A stretch of 64,000 nucleotides of DNA from Laetmonice hystrix (taxonomy: Eukaryota). Shown piece by piece: positions 24,627 through 36,476 of this stretch. Position 1 is the first letter of the stretch. Every line of letters begins with the position of its first letter. The stretch covers positions 9,734,001 to 9,798,000 of the forward strand of contig OZ249452.1 of NCBI GenBank assembly GCA_965235115.1, read 5' to 3'. The translations under genes were made by a program, and so were the position numbers. The notes beneath the pieces were generated by a model. It saw nothing but the letters and a program-made list of their open reading frames with translations, was not told the DNA's origin and ran no database searches.

Positions 24627-27624
24627 ATAACTCAAACACATCCTATGTCAGACTCGTTGACAAACCTCTCTGTTGTATAAACCTGATGATAACTCACACA
24701 CATCCTATGTCAGACTCGTTGACAAACTTCTCTGTTGTATAAACCTGATGATAACTCACACACATCCTATGTCAGACTCGTTGACAAACTTCTCTGTTGT
24801 ATAAACCTGATGATAACTCACACACATCCTATGTCAGACTCGTTGACAAACTTCTCTGTTGTATAAACCTGATGATAACTCACACACATCCTATGTCAGA
24901 CTCGTTGACAAACTTCTCTGTTGTATAAACCTGATGATAACTCACACACATCCTATGTCAGACTCGTTGACAAACCTCTCTGTTGTATAAACCTGATGAT
25001 AACTCACACACATCCTATGTCAGACTCGTTGACAAACCACCCTGTTGTATAAACCTGATGATAACTCACACACATCCTATGTCAGACTCGTTGACAAACC
25101 TCTCTGTTGTATAAGTCTGATGATAACTCACACACATCCTATGTCAGACTCGTTGACAAACCTCTCTGTTGTATAAACCTGATGATAACTCACACACATC
25201 CTATGTCAGACTCGTTGACAAACCTCTCTGTTGTATAAACCTGATAACTCACACACATCCTATGTCAGACTCGTTGACAAACCTCTCTCTTGTATAAACC
25301 TGATGATAACTCACACACATCCTATGTCAGACTCGTTGACAAACCTCTCTGTTGTATAAACCTGATAACTCACACACATCCTATGTCAGACTCGTTGACA
25401 AACCTCTCTGTTGTATAAGTCTGATGATAACTCACACACATCCTATGTCAGACTCGTTGACAAACCTCTCTGTTGTATAAACCTGATGATAACTCACACA
25501 CATCCTATGTCAGACTCGTTGACAAACCTCTCTCTTGTATAAACCTGATAACTCACACACATCCTATGTCAGACTCGTTGACAAACCTCTCTGTTGTATA
25601 AACCTGATGATAACTCACACACATCCTATGTCACACTCGTTGACAAACCTCTCTGTTGTATAAACCTGATGATAACTCACACACATCCTATGTCACACTC
25701 GTTGACAAACCTCTCTGTTGTATAAACTTGATGATAACTCACACACATCCTATGTCAGACTCGTTGACAAACCTCTCTGTTGTATAAACCTGATAACTCA
25801 CACACATCCTATGTCAGACTCGTTGACAAACCTCTCTGTTGTATAAACCTGATAACTCACACACATCCTATGTCAGACTCGTTGACAAACCTCTCTGTTG
25901 TATAAACCTGATAACTCACACACATCCTATGTCAGACTCGTTGACAAACCTCTCTGTTGTATAAACCTGATGATAACTCACACACATCCTATGTCAGACT
26001 CGTTGACAAACCTCTCTGTTGTATAAACCTGATAACTCACACATATCCTATGTCAGACTCGTTGACAAACCTCTCTGTTGTATAAACCTGATAACTCACA
26101 CATATCCTATGTCAGACTCGTTGACAAACCTCTCTGTTGTATAAACCTGATGATAACTCACACACATCCTATGTCAGACTCGTTGACAAACCTCTCTGTT
26201 GTATAAACCTGATGATAACTCACACATCCTATGTCAGACTCGTTGACAAACCTCTCTGTTGTATAAACCTGATGATAACTCACACACATTCTATGTCAGA
26301 CTCGTTGACAAACCTCTCTGTTGTATAAACCTGATAACTCACACACATCCTATGTCAGACTCGTTGACAAACCTCTCTGTTGTATAAACCTGATGATAAC
26401 TCACACACATCCTATGTCAGACTCGTTGACAAACTTCTCTGTTGTATAAACCTGATGATAACTCACACACATCCTATGTCAGACTCGTTGACAAACTTCT
26501 CTGTTGTATAAACCTGATGATAACTCACACACATCCTATGTCAGACTCGTTGACAAACTTCTCTGTTGTATAAACCTGATGATAACTCACACACATCCTA
26601 TGTCAGACTCGTTGACAAACTTCTCTGTTGTATAAACCTGATGATAACTCACACACATCCTATGTCAGACTCGTTGACAAACCTCTCTGTTGTATAAACC
26701 TGATGATAACTCACACACATCCTATGTCAGACTCGTTGACAAACCACCCTGTTGTATAAACCTGATGATAACTCACACACATCCTATGTCAGACTCGTTG
26801 ACAAACCTCTCTGTTGTATAAGTCTGATGATAACTCACACACATCCTATGTCAGACTCGTTGACAAACCTCTCTGTTGTATAAACCTGATGATAACTCAC
26901 ACACATCCTATGTCAGACTCGTTGACAAACCTCTCTGTTGTATAAACCTGATGATAACACACACATCCTATGTCAGACTCGTTGACAAACCTCTCTGTTG
27001 TATAAACCTGATGATAACTCACACACATCCTATGTCAGACTCGTTGACAAACCTCTCTGTTGTATAAGCCTTGTGATAACTCACACACATCCTATGTCAG
27101 ACTCGTTGACAAACCTCTCTCTTGTATAAACCTGATAACTCACACACATCCTATGTCAGACTCGTTGACAAACCTCTCTGTTGTATAAACCTGATGATAA
27201 CTCACACACATCCTATGTCACACTCGTTGACAAACCTCTCTGTTGTATAAACCTGATGATAACTCACACACATCCTATGTCAGACTCGTTGACAAACCTC
27301 TCTGTTGTATAAACTTGATGATAACTCACACACATACTATGTCAGACTCGTTGACAAACCTCTCTCTTGTATAAACCTGATAACTCACACACATCCTATG
27401 TCAGACTCGTTGACAAACCTCACTGTTGTATAAACCTGATGATAACTCACACACATCCTATGTCAGACTCGTTGACAAACCTCTCTGTTGTATAAACCTG
27501 ATGATAACTCACACATCCTATGTCAGACTCGTTGACAAACCTCTCTGTTGTATAAACCTGATGATAACTCACACACATCCTATGTCAGACTCGTTGACAA
27601 ACCTCTCTGTTGTATAAACCTGAT
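24627..27624. repeat. Satellite array, 62-bp unit (59/60-bp variants), about 49 copies
   Basis: CATCCTATGTCAGACTCGTTGACAAACCTCTCTGTTGTATAAACCTGATGATAACTCACACA, highly homogeneous. Confidence 0.98.
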
Positions 27625-28192
27625 GGGGTTACCGCTATGACGTTAGTGAATATGCTATAGGATTACAAAGACGAGGCTGATACTCTATCATGTTAGAATC
27701 TTTCGAGGCGATCTGAAGAAGATGACCTTTTTTAATTGAGCTCCAAGGCCAGGCCTCAGATCAGAGCTCACTGTAGACTGACAGATCCAATACCACATGT
27801 GGTGTGCCAGAACACACACATGTGAACACACAAAACCATTGCCTATAACCCCGTTTAAAACGCCACCCTTTGACGTTGCTTGGAAACCCCGGAAACATGA
27901 AATGGCGTGTGTTGACGCCGCTAGGTGTCAGCCCGCCCTCTCACCGACCCGGATGGGGGACTAATTGCAGGTCGCGTGCAAGACTGTGGCGGTGTCACTT
28001 TTAACAGTTAATTATGACGGTCTATATTTCATCAGCGACGACGAGAGCCAGGCGGAGGTCCGTCAGGTGAGCTGCTCTGGGCGGTTATTTGGACTGTCAG
28101 CAGTGACACAGTGCGCATGCGCCCGCTCATTTATTATTATTATCCGGCGTGGGGCGTGAGATTCTATTGGTTGATGCTATGAGAGGGATGAG

Positions 28193-28532
28193 TACGGTGG
28201 CCGAAAAGTACAAAAATTCTCGGCTCTAGCATTTGGTTCCTTGGGTCACAAATGTCGCTACTCCAGTCAGATGTTGCTACTCGGTTCGCAGATTTTGCTA
28301 CTCGGGACATTCGACCCGAGTAGCGAAATCTGCGAGCCGAGGATCTAAATCGACGACCCGAGTAGCAACATTTGGCCGGAGTAGCGAAATTGGCGAGCCG
28401 AGGATCGAAATCGACGAGCCGAGTAGCAACATTATGACCCGAGTAGCGAAATCTGTGACCCGAGTAACGACACATGTGACCCGAGGATCGAAATCCTCCA
28501 GCCGAGAATGTTTGTACTTTTCGGCCACAGTA
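28193..28532. mobile_element. MITE with 33-bp TIRs and internal oppositely oriented CCGAGTAGC(G/A)A repeats
   Basis: TACGGTGGCCGAAAAGTACAAAAATTCTCGGCT / AGCCGAGAATGTTTGTACTTTTCGGCCACAGTA; flanked by GATGAG on both sides. Confidence 0.92.
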
Positions 28533-29330
28533 GATGAGCGTGGGATTTTACCCCGCCCCCGTTTTCAGACACCGCCCCCTCCAGCTACCTTCGGCACATA
28601 CGCAGGTGGCGACCCAAGAGACTAATGAACCTTTTTACCGTCCCGTCACTCACCTGCTGACTATAATCCGGGGATTAGGAAGATTATCGCCTGGAACTGT
28701 TTGTGCCGTTTCTGTCAACACGACCAACTCACCACCGGAATATTACCTTCTGCACACCCCAGACATGTTGTTTACGAACACGTTCTGTCTCACTGACGCC
28801 ATATCTTATTGTCCGTGCATGACATAACAATTATTGAAAGCTGATGACATAAGTGGAAAATCATGTTGATGGTTTTATGAGTAGTGTTTCATTCTGTAAC
28901 ATAATATGTTCCGACTATGATACTGGTGAGATTCCTCCAAATGAATGACTGAGACCTATGCTAGAAATTTAAAACCCCCCAAAATAATTAAAATAGTAAT
29001 TAACAAAAGAATCTGTACAACGATGTAAACCATCGAAATGTACCAAATCTACTCGTCATCATTAACGCAGGTTTTGCGGTTATATAAACCATTCTTAACT
29101 TAATGATAACGTATGATGTAACGTTAAACTTTGACTATAGTTAGGCTATGGATAAATACTCAACATTTCTGTTTCCATGACACAGAGGAATGGTAGTTGG
29201 GTGTATTTACTTACGACTGTAGCATTCCAGGCGACAGTATACTATCAGCACTATCAGTTACAACAACTCCCACCACCCCAACCGTTTGAGATGGACCATT
29301 AGGAGGGAAGCCGTTTCGGCTTTCTATTAG

Positions 29331-29395
29331 TCGGACCAGTTCGACCTGATTCGACAGCTGCAGAAACTCGGCGAACGACTGGAGCTGACTGTCGG
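29331..29395 (+). CDS. Gene A candidate exon 3, SDQFDLIRQLQKLGERLELTV(G)
   Basis: Acceptor GGCTTTCTATTAG|, donor CGG|GTGGGT; amphipathic protein-like peptide; phase 0 start matches exon 2. Confidence 0.45.
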
Positions 29396-29866
29396 GTGGG
29401 TCGCATGCGGCAGGAAGACGGCCGGTTAATTAGAGAAATAAAGAAAGTAGGAGGACAGCAGGGGCATCCACCACTACCCTTTCTGCAAGGGGTTATACCA
29501 ATCCAACCGTTTTGGTCTTGCCATGCAGTCCGTCTTACCGCCTTTTATTTCATGTACGTCGGCTGGCCAAACGGTAGAGAAATGTGGATTTGGATTCGGG
29601 AAGTTAAGGAAGATCAAACAATTCCGTTGAGTTCCCTGCAAATCCAAATAAGTTATCCTAGTTTGCAAGACGCCTCATCTATTGTTTTCACATGGTGAAT
29701 TCAGATATAGCCAGTAACTTTTCCGACTGCATGGTTTTTGGCGCAAGAGGCGGAAATATTTTTGAGGAAAGTAGAGTTTTGGCATTTACCCCACATTACT
29801 TCCCAATTACATTAATCTAAACGACGAGCAATTAATAATAATTAATTTTTCCATTGGAACAATCAG

Positions 29867-29916
29867 CGACTGTCAATGGCGCAGCAATATTACCTCATAC
29901 TCCAGCACATTCAGAG
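29867..29916 (+). CDS. Gene A possible exon 4 (GDCQWRSNITSYSSTFR if phase 2)
   Basis: AATCAG| acceptor and GAG|GTAAAT donor; all three frames are open, so phase match is uninformative. Confidence 0.25.
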
Positions 29917-30300
29917 GTAAATATCTATGGCTCCATCATTGAACATTGTACTGGGGATACAGATATAAGCTATTTCGTCCACCTCAATTTCACCCACTTC
30001 AATGCTTTTAAATCAATGTGTCACCATTACTGGAAAGTATAAATACATAACTGTAAGTGTAAGTGGTGGTTCTGTGGGCAGTACCACTTATGGCTGCAGT
30101 ACGATTTATAGAACGGTCCCTTTAGCAGTAGAAAAAGAACATCAGTAACGATATTTATTCCAGCGTGTCTCCAATAAGTAGACGTACGGGGTACACAGGT
30201 TTAGTAAAACAGTGGCTCAAAGTCTGTTCAGTTAAAAAGATTCTTCATGAGTGATATGGGTCCAAATATAAAATCAAAGTTAAAAGGATTCAATATGTAG

Positions 30301-30869
30301 CAGTCCGGGATTGTAGTCCATTCCGATAGCGGAAAGTCACGGAAAGGAACCTGCCCTGTCACAGTCCGGGATTAGATTGTAGTCCATTCCGATAGCGGAA
30401 AGTTACGGAAAGGAACCGGCCCTGTCACAGTCCGGGATTAGGTTGTAGTCCATTCCGATGGCGGAAAGTCACGGAAAGGAACCGGCCATGTCACAGTCCG
30501 GGATTAGATTGTAGTCCATTCCGATAGCGGAAAGTCACGGAAAGTCACCGGCCATATCACAGTCCGGGCTTAGATTGTAGTCCATTCCGATAGCGGAAAG
30601 TCACGGAAAGTCACCGGCCATGTCACAGTCCGGGCTTAGATTGTAGTCCATTCCGATAGCGGAAAGTCACGGAAAGGAACCGGCCCTGTCACAGTCCGGG
30701 ATTAGGTTGTAGTCCATTCCGATAGCGGAAAGTCACGGAAAGTCACCGGCCATGTCACAGTCCGGGATTAGATTGTAGTCCATTCCGATAGCGGAAAGTT
30801 ACGGAAAGTCACCGGCCATGTCACAGTCCGGGATTAGATTGTAGTCCATTCTAATGGCGGAAAGTCACC
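30301..30869. repeat. Minisatellite, 66-bp unit, about 8.5 copies
   Basis: ACAGTCCGGGATTAGATTGTAGTCCATTCCGATAGCGGAAAGTCACGGAAAGGAACCGGCCCTGTC at 30361, 30427, 30493... Confidence 0.97.
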
Positions 30870-31275
30870 AGCTATGTAGCAATACGGCGAGCGGATTAGA
30901 CCTCGTTTCCTATGGTCAAAAGACTGTGCTATCAGCAGATTTAGAGGCGAGTGTATAATATACAAATAGCTATAATAGCAGTCGGCGATGGCCGGTAGAC
31001 ATTTTTCCTTAGCGCTCCCTGACATTGATGATGTGCACGTCGATGCCTGTGCTGTGATAACATCTATGCAATCAAGGGCCACGACGCGACCCCAGGCGTT
31101 TTTATGAATTCATTTTCCCCCCGAGATTCGCGTTTTATTCCCTACCTTGTATAGATCTAATCTTGATGGCTCTAGGTGGGCAGAGAAAGGAAAGACGATC
31201 ATTTCATGCGTCATTCGAAAGGCCTAGAGATTCCTGCTTGGTGTGTAAGTCTTTCCCCACAAACTCAGAGGAGTT

Positions 31276-31805
31276 CAGGGCCCGTTTTTTTTTGTTTACT
31301 TTTCCACCGTGAGCAAGAGCTGAGCTGAGCAAGGGTGAGCATGAGCTCATTCTCACCGTTTTCGTGCTTTTTTGGTTGTTTTTTCCATGAAGCGTGCTCA
31401 TGGCAAGCAAGCTCGCGGAAAAACACCCCAAAAAAACGAAAACAGTGAGCAAAACGGTGAGCATGAGGTTCTGGGCCCGATTTTTTTGTTTACTTTTCCA
31501 CCGTGAGCAAGGGTGAGCTGAGCTGAGCAAGGGTGAGCATGAGCTCATTTTTACCGTTTCCGTGTTTTTTGGGGTTGCTTTTTTCCATGAGATGTGCTCA
31601 TGGTGAGCAAGCTCGCGGAAAAACACCCCAAAAAACGAAAACGTTGAGCAAAACGTTGAGAATAAGCTTCTGCTCACCCTTGCTCAGCTCAGCTCACCCT
31701 TGCTCACGGTGGAAAAGTAAACAAAAAAAACGGGCCCTGCTCACCCTTGCTCAGCTCAGCTCACGCTTGCTCACGGTGGAAAAGTAAACAAAAAAACCGG
31801 GTCCA
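31276..31805. mobile_element. Foldback element: two direct copies of an about 66-bp arm, each with a spacer, then two inverted arm copies
   Basis: Arm GGGCCCG(T)nGTTTACTTTTCCACCGTGAGCAAGGGTGAGCTGAGCTGAGCAAGGGTGAGCA at 31276 and 31473; reverse complement at 31671 and 31738. Confidence 0.85.
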
Positions 31806-33368
31806 CGCATGTGTTGGAAGGGGGGGGGGGCGCTTCCAACTTTTAGCATTCATGAGAGGGGTGTCCATTTACTGGACCAGGGGTTGACGTTGCAAATTGG
31901 GAGCTGCTATGCAATGCTAGTTCTAATACATTACATTTAATCACTATTCATTAACTACGAGCACGACACTGTGGTCTCACTGAAAGCCGGAAAGCCACAC
32001 CGTATTGTTTTGTTTTCAATGTCCTCTTTTGTCATTGTCATCCATTTTGTGGATTTATTGTTACTCTGTCGACAAAAACATGAAAGGTCCACACATGCAT
32101 GTCAATTTCTTACACAAAACCTTTAATTTTATCTCCTACACCCCTGAAGGGTGTATTCAAATAAGCCCTTTAGAATCGCCTTTCAGACCGGTAGAATCAC
32201 ATGTTCCTAGTTTAGTTTGTTTATGAAGGTTTACAGGAACAATATAACTAGCGCATGCGCATACTGCCATGCCTTTGTTGGGACTGCTGTAAAGTGGTAA
32301 AATTCATGGTTCGGCGGTGAACGAGATCATTGTGGACAGTCTGCGCACGCGCAGGCGTCTGCTATCATGAGTTGTATGGTGAATGTCATTGTCACCAGGG
32401 CCCAGCGCATGTCCTCGAAGGTTACTTGTCACAAACAGCAGCTGGCGGCTGCTGTGCAGGAGACGAACGGCCAAAGGGAATTCTGTGGGTACCTAACCTT
32501 GCACGTGCTATAAAGGTCCCATCTCACGTTTCATACCGATATCAGCAGTGAAGATTCTATGTCGACGTGTAGCCACTGTTTATCGTAGTTTTCGAGTTTA
32601 TCCATTGATATCTGTAGTGGCCATACCAGATGGACGCTTACCGACTTCTTGAGACCCTGTTAGGTTGAAGAAGTGTTTCTCGGAAACCTCGGCATGTCTG
32701 GCTGGAATCTGGGATGCATCCTTTCAAAAACAGAGTTTGCCCCCCCCCCTCGTATTGTATGGGGGGTGACCCCTGTGCCCCCTTCCGACATCGCTGCAAC
32801 AGTGGGTTTAGAGATGTCTGGGCTTTGACCTTCACGTCGATGGTTATCACAATATACAATGTTTAGATCTGTTCTTCTGATTCAATACATCGGAGATCTG
32901 AATGACAACTAGCGCCCTCTATCATATATGAAACCGTTTATCTCCAACCTCCCCCTCCCCTAATTAATAATATAACCTACGGATGAGAGGACAGGTCTAC
33001 ACTTGTCCCTAAATCTATCCCTCAATACTCCCAAAAGTGCGACATGATATATCGACACATTACGGAAGCATTCGATTTCTGGAAGTACTGTATATTTCTT
33101 TGGCCTACAAATAATACATGACTCGTGAAATATGCTAACAAAATCGGTTACGTAATTGTACGTGTCCTTATTTTGGAGATGTTGGTTTGGGATGGTCTGT
33201 TATCGGACGTGAGCCTGGACGGTTGGTTGAGGCTTGCCCAGTGATTGCAGTTTAATTAATACATTTTGCCCCCAAGGCAAGGGGGATTTCCACGATTTCG
33301 ACAGCAATCAACTTTTTTTCCGAACCTTAAAATGTAATTGATGGTTCAAGAATGCATTCAAAGCTGGC

Positions 33369-33516
33369 NNNNNNNNNNNNNNNNNNNNNNNNNNNNNNNN
33401 NNNNNNNNNNNNNNNNNNNNNNNNNNNNNNNNNNNNNNNNNNNNNNNNNNNNNNNNNNNNNNNNNNNNNNNNNNNNNNNNNNNNNNNNNNNNNNNNNNNN
33501 NNNNNNNNNNNNNNNN
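33369..33516. other. Assembly gap
   Basis: Run of N. Confidence 1.
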
Positions 33517-34071
33517 TCATTTCACCGACTCACCAAATGCGCTGTCGTTTGGTCAGCTGTATACTTAGCGGTGTGTGTTAGTCTGTGTGTGTCTATACAA
33601 TTCGTGATAAATGACATTGGTACACATTGCTGTCCCCATCTCCTGGACCAAGATGGCGATCAGTCGGACTCTAGTACCTAAACACGAGGCGTGGGTTCGC
33701 CGTTAAGAGGCCGTTCATGAACATTTAATGGATGCTGTGATGAGGATTACACCTAGACCGTGCACCCACATCATTCTGTACAACTGTCCAAGATGTTGAA
33801 GGACGCTGATCTTCAACACGACCGCATGCAGCCGTCTGCCTCTAGATACGGGCACCTGCTGACGTCATCACCCTAAACCATACGTACCTTGGGCACCTGC
33901 CGACACCTTCAGTGTATTACAGGAGGAAATGAAAGATAATAAAAAATAGATTAAAATCCAACATAAAAAACAACAACAAAAAACAACAACAAAAATCAAC
34001 AGTGTTTTCATTCTATGACCGAGATTAGTTTCAGCGAAGAGCTCATGGTGCTGCTGTTGTTACTGGTGATC

Positions 34072-35518
34072 ATATTACGGTCAGCCCATCTCGCTGGGAG
34101 CTCAGCGACAGCTATGATATTACGGTCAGCTCATCTAGCTGGGAGCTTGGCGACAACTATGATATTACGGTCAGCTCATCTCGCTGGGAGCTCGGCGACC
34201 GCTATGATATTACGGTCAGCTCATCTAGCTGGGAGCTCGCGACAGCTATGATATTACGGTCAGCTCATCTCGCTGGGAGCTTGGCGACAGCTATGATATT
34301 ACGGTCAGCTCATCTAGCTAGGAGCTCGGCGACAGCTATGATATTACGGTCATCTCATCTAGCTGGGAGCTTGGCGACAGCTATGATATTACGGTCAGCT
34401 CATCTATAGCTGGGAGCTCGCCGATAGCTATGATATTACGGTCAGCTCATCTAGCTGGGAGCTCGGCGACAGCTTTGATATTACGGTCAGCTCATCTAGC
34501 TGGGAGCTCGGCGACAGCTATGATATTACGGTCAGCTCATCTAGCTGGGAGCTTGGCGACCGCTATGATATTACGGTCAGCTCATCTAGCTGGGAGCTTG
34601 GCGACCGCTATAATATTACGGTCAGCTCATCTCGCTGGGAGCTCGGCGACAGCTATGATATTACGGTCAGCTCATCTAGCTGGGAGCTTGGCGACCGCTA
34701 TGATATTACGGTCAGCTCATCTAGCTGGGCGCTTGGCGACAGCTATGATATTACGGTCAGCTCATCTATAGCTGGGAGCACGGCGACCGCTATGATATTA
34801 CGGCCAGCTCATCTAGCTGGGAGCTCAGCGACAGCTATGATATTACGGTCAGCTCATCTATAGCTGGGAGCTTGGCGACAGCTATGATATAACGGTCAGC
34901 TCATCTAGCTGGGAGCTCGGCGACAACTATGATATTACGGTCAGCTCATCTAGCTGGGAGCTTGGCGACCGCTATGATATTACGGTCAGCTCATCTAGCT
35001 GGGAGCTTGGCGACAGCTATGATATTACGGTCAGCTCATCTCGCTGGGAGCTCGGCGACAGCTATGATATTACGGTCAGCTCATCTAGCTGGGAGCTTGG
35101 TGACAGCTATGATATTACGGTTAGTTCATCTAGCTGGGAGCTCGGCGACCGCTATGATATTACGGTCAGCTCATCTAGCTGGGAGCTCGGCGACCGCTAT
35201 GATATTACGGTCAGCTCATCTAGCTGGGAGCTCGGCGACAGCTATGATATTACGGTCAGCTCATCTAGCTGGGAGCTCGGCGACAGCTTTGATATTACGG
35301 TCAGCTCATCTAGCTGGGAGCTTGGTGACAGCTATGATATTACGGCCAGCTCAACTAGCTGGGAGCTCGGCGACAGCTATGATATTACGGTCAGCTCATC
35401 TATAGCTGGGAGCTTGGCGACCGCTATGATATTACGGTCAGCTCATCTAGCTGGGAGCTTGGCGACAACTATGATATTACGCTCAGCTCATCTAGCTGGA
35501 AGCTTGGCGACCGCTATG
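34072..35518. repeat. Minisatellite, 45-bp unit, about 32 copies
   Basis: CTATGATATTACGGTCAGCTCATCTAGCTGGGAGCTCGGCGACAG; occasional +TA variants break the MILRSAHLAGSSATA frame. Confidence 0.97.
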
Positions 35519-36326
35519 TGAGGAGAGCCTTGTAGACATGCCATTATTAACATGTTCACAGGCAGTGGGTGGTCGCTCAAATGGCATTTCTATTTCAACA
35601 GTCGTGTCTGCATCCCCTCAAACCAGGATGGAGAACATCCTCTAGTTGGATAATATTTCACATACTTTTAAAATGAGACAGTTATCTTGCAGCACCATAA
35701 TATATAGTATAAATGTATGCGGTCTGGAAAGTGGGTACTTTCATGGATTTAATTGGTTATGAAGCAATTTATTGATAAACAATTGATTGATACATAAGAC
35801 TTAATTCATAGGATCAGTGTTGACTCTATCTAGCATTGATAGGCGCTATATGGAAACCTCGATATCAGTCGTTGAAATGGTGACCTTTAGACGAGGCTCC
35901 GATCGTTTTTGTAACAGTGGCTCTGCGTACGCAGTTACTCTGTGCGCCTGCCATGCGCGGTGACCTACTTTACGCTGGACATGCGCCGGTGTCATTTCAG
36001 GTCTCGCTATGACAAATTAACTCCAACAGAACACGTTGGAAATCCCATTCTGTCTGAAAACCGGAGCCGTGTATACCTGCGGCGTGCCAGATTCGCTAGA
36101 TCCAAAATTGACATGTGAGAAAGGCTAGGCCATCAAAATCTAATCTCGCAGGTCACCCAGGCATACATTCCAGGCACGTATACAGCGTTTTCCTCTGGAA
36201 ATATGTGAGTATACGCCACCCGCCTGCAAAATGCCATCGAACGCAGAAAATGCACCGAGTAACAGTTACATCAATACGAGAGGTTCCCTAAATTAGTTCA
36301 CGCAAAGCTCGCTAGGTGGTACCAGT

Positions 36327-36476
36327 CACTGCGCATGTGCGCGGAGTCATCTGCAATCACTGGCTACTTCCGGTTCGGCTTGGCGACAGTGAAACATGCA
36401 TGTATACTGGGAAAGCAAACGGCGGTGTGTCGGACTGGACGTTGACACCGGAAGTCCCGGTGATTGCGGAAGTGGA
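36327..36476. promoter_or_regulatory. Housekeeping-type promoter-like motif cluster
   Basis: TGCGCATGTGCGC (NRF1-like), ACTTCCGG, CCGGAAGT, GCGGAAGT (three ETS motifs) in a CpG-rich 150 bp. Confidence 0.35.

Noticed and set aside
24627-27624. Hammerhead ribozyme in the 62-bp satellite (CTGATGA in each unit)
   Set aside because: No GAAA core (reads GACAAAC), no G10.1-C11.1 pair, no stems I/III. CTGATGAAAGGAAAC at 52322 was rejected for the same lack of stems.
29331-29395. PDZ-domain C-terminal strand (..LGERLELTV)
   Set aside because: The resemblance is short and no GLGF-containing upstream exon was found; kept only as an unassigned exon.
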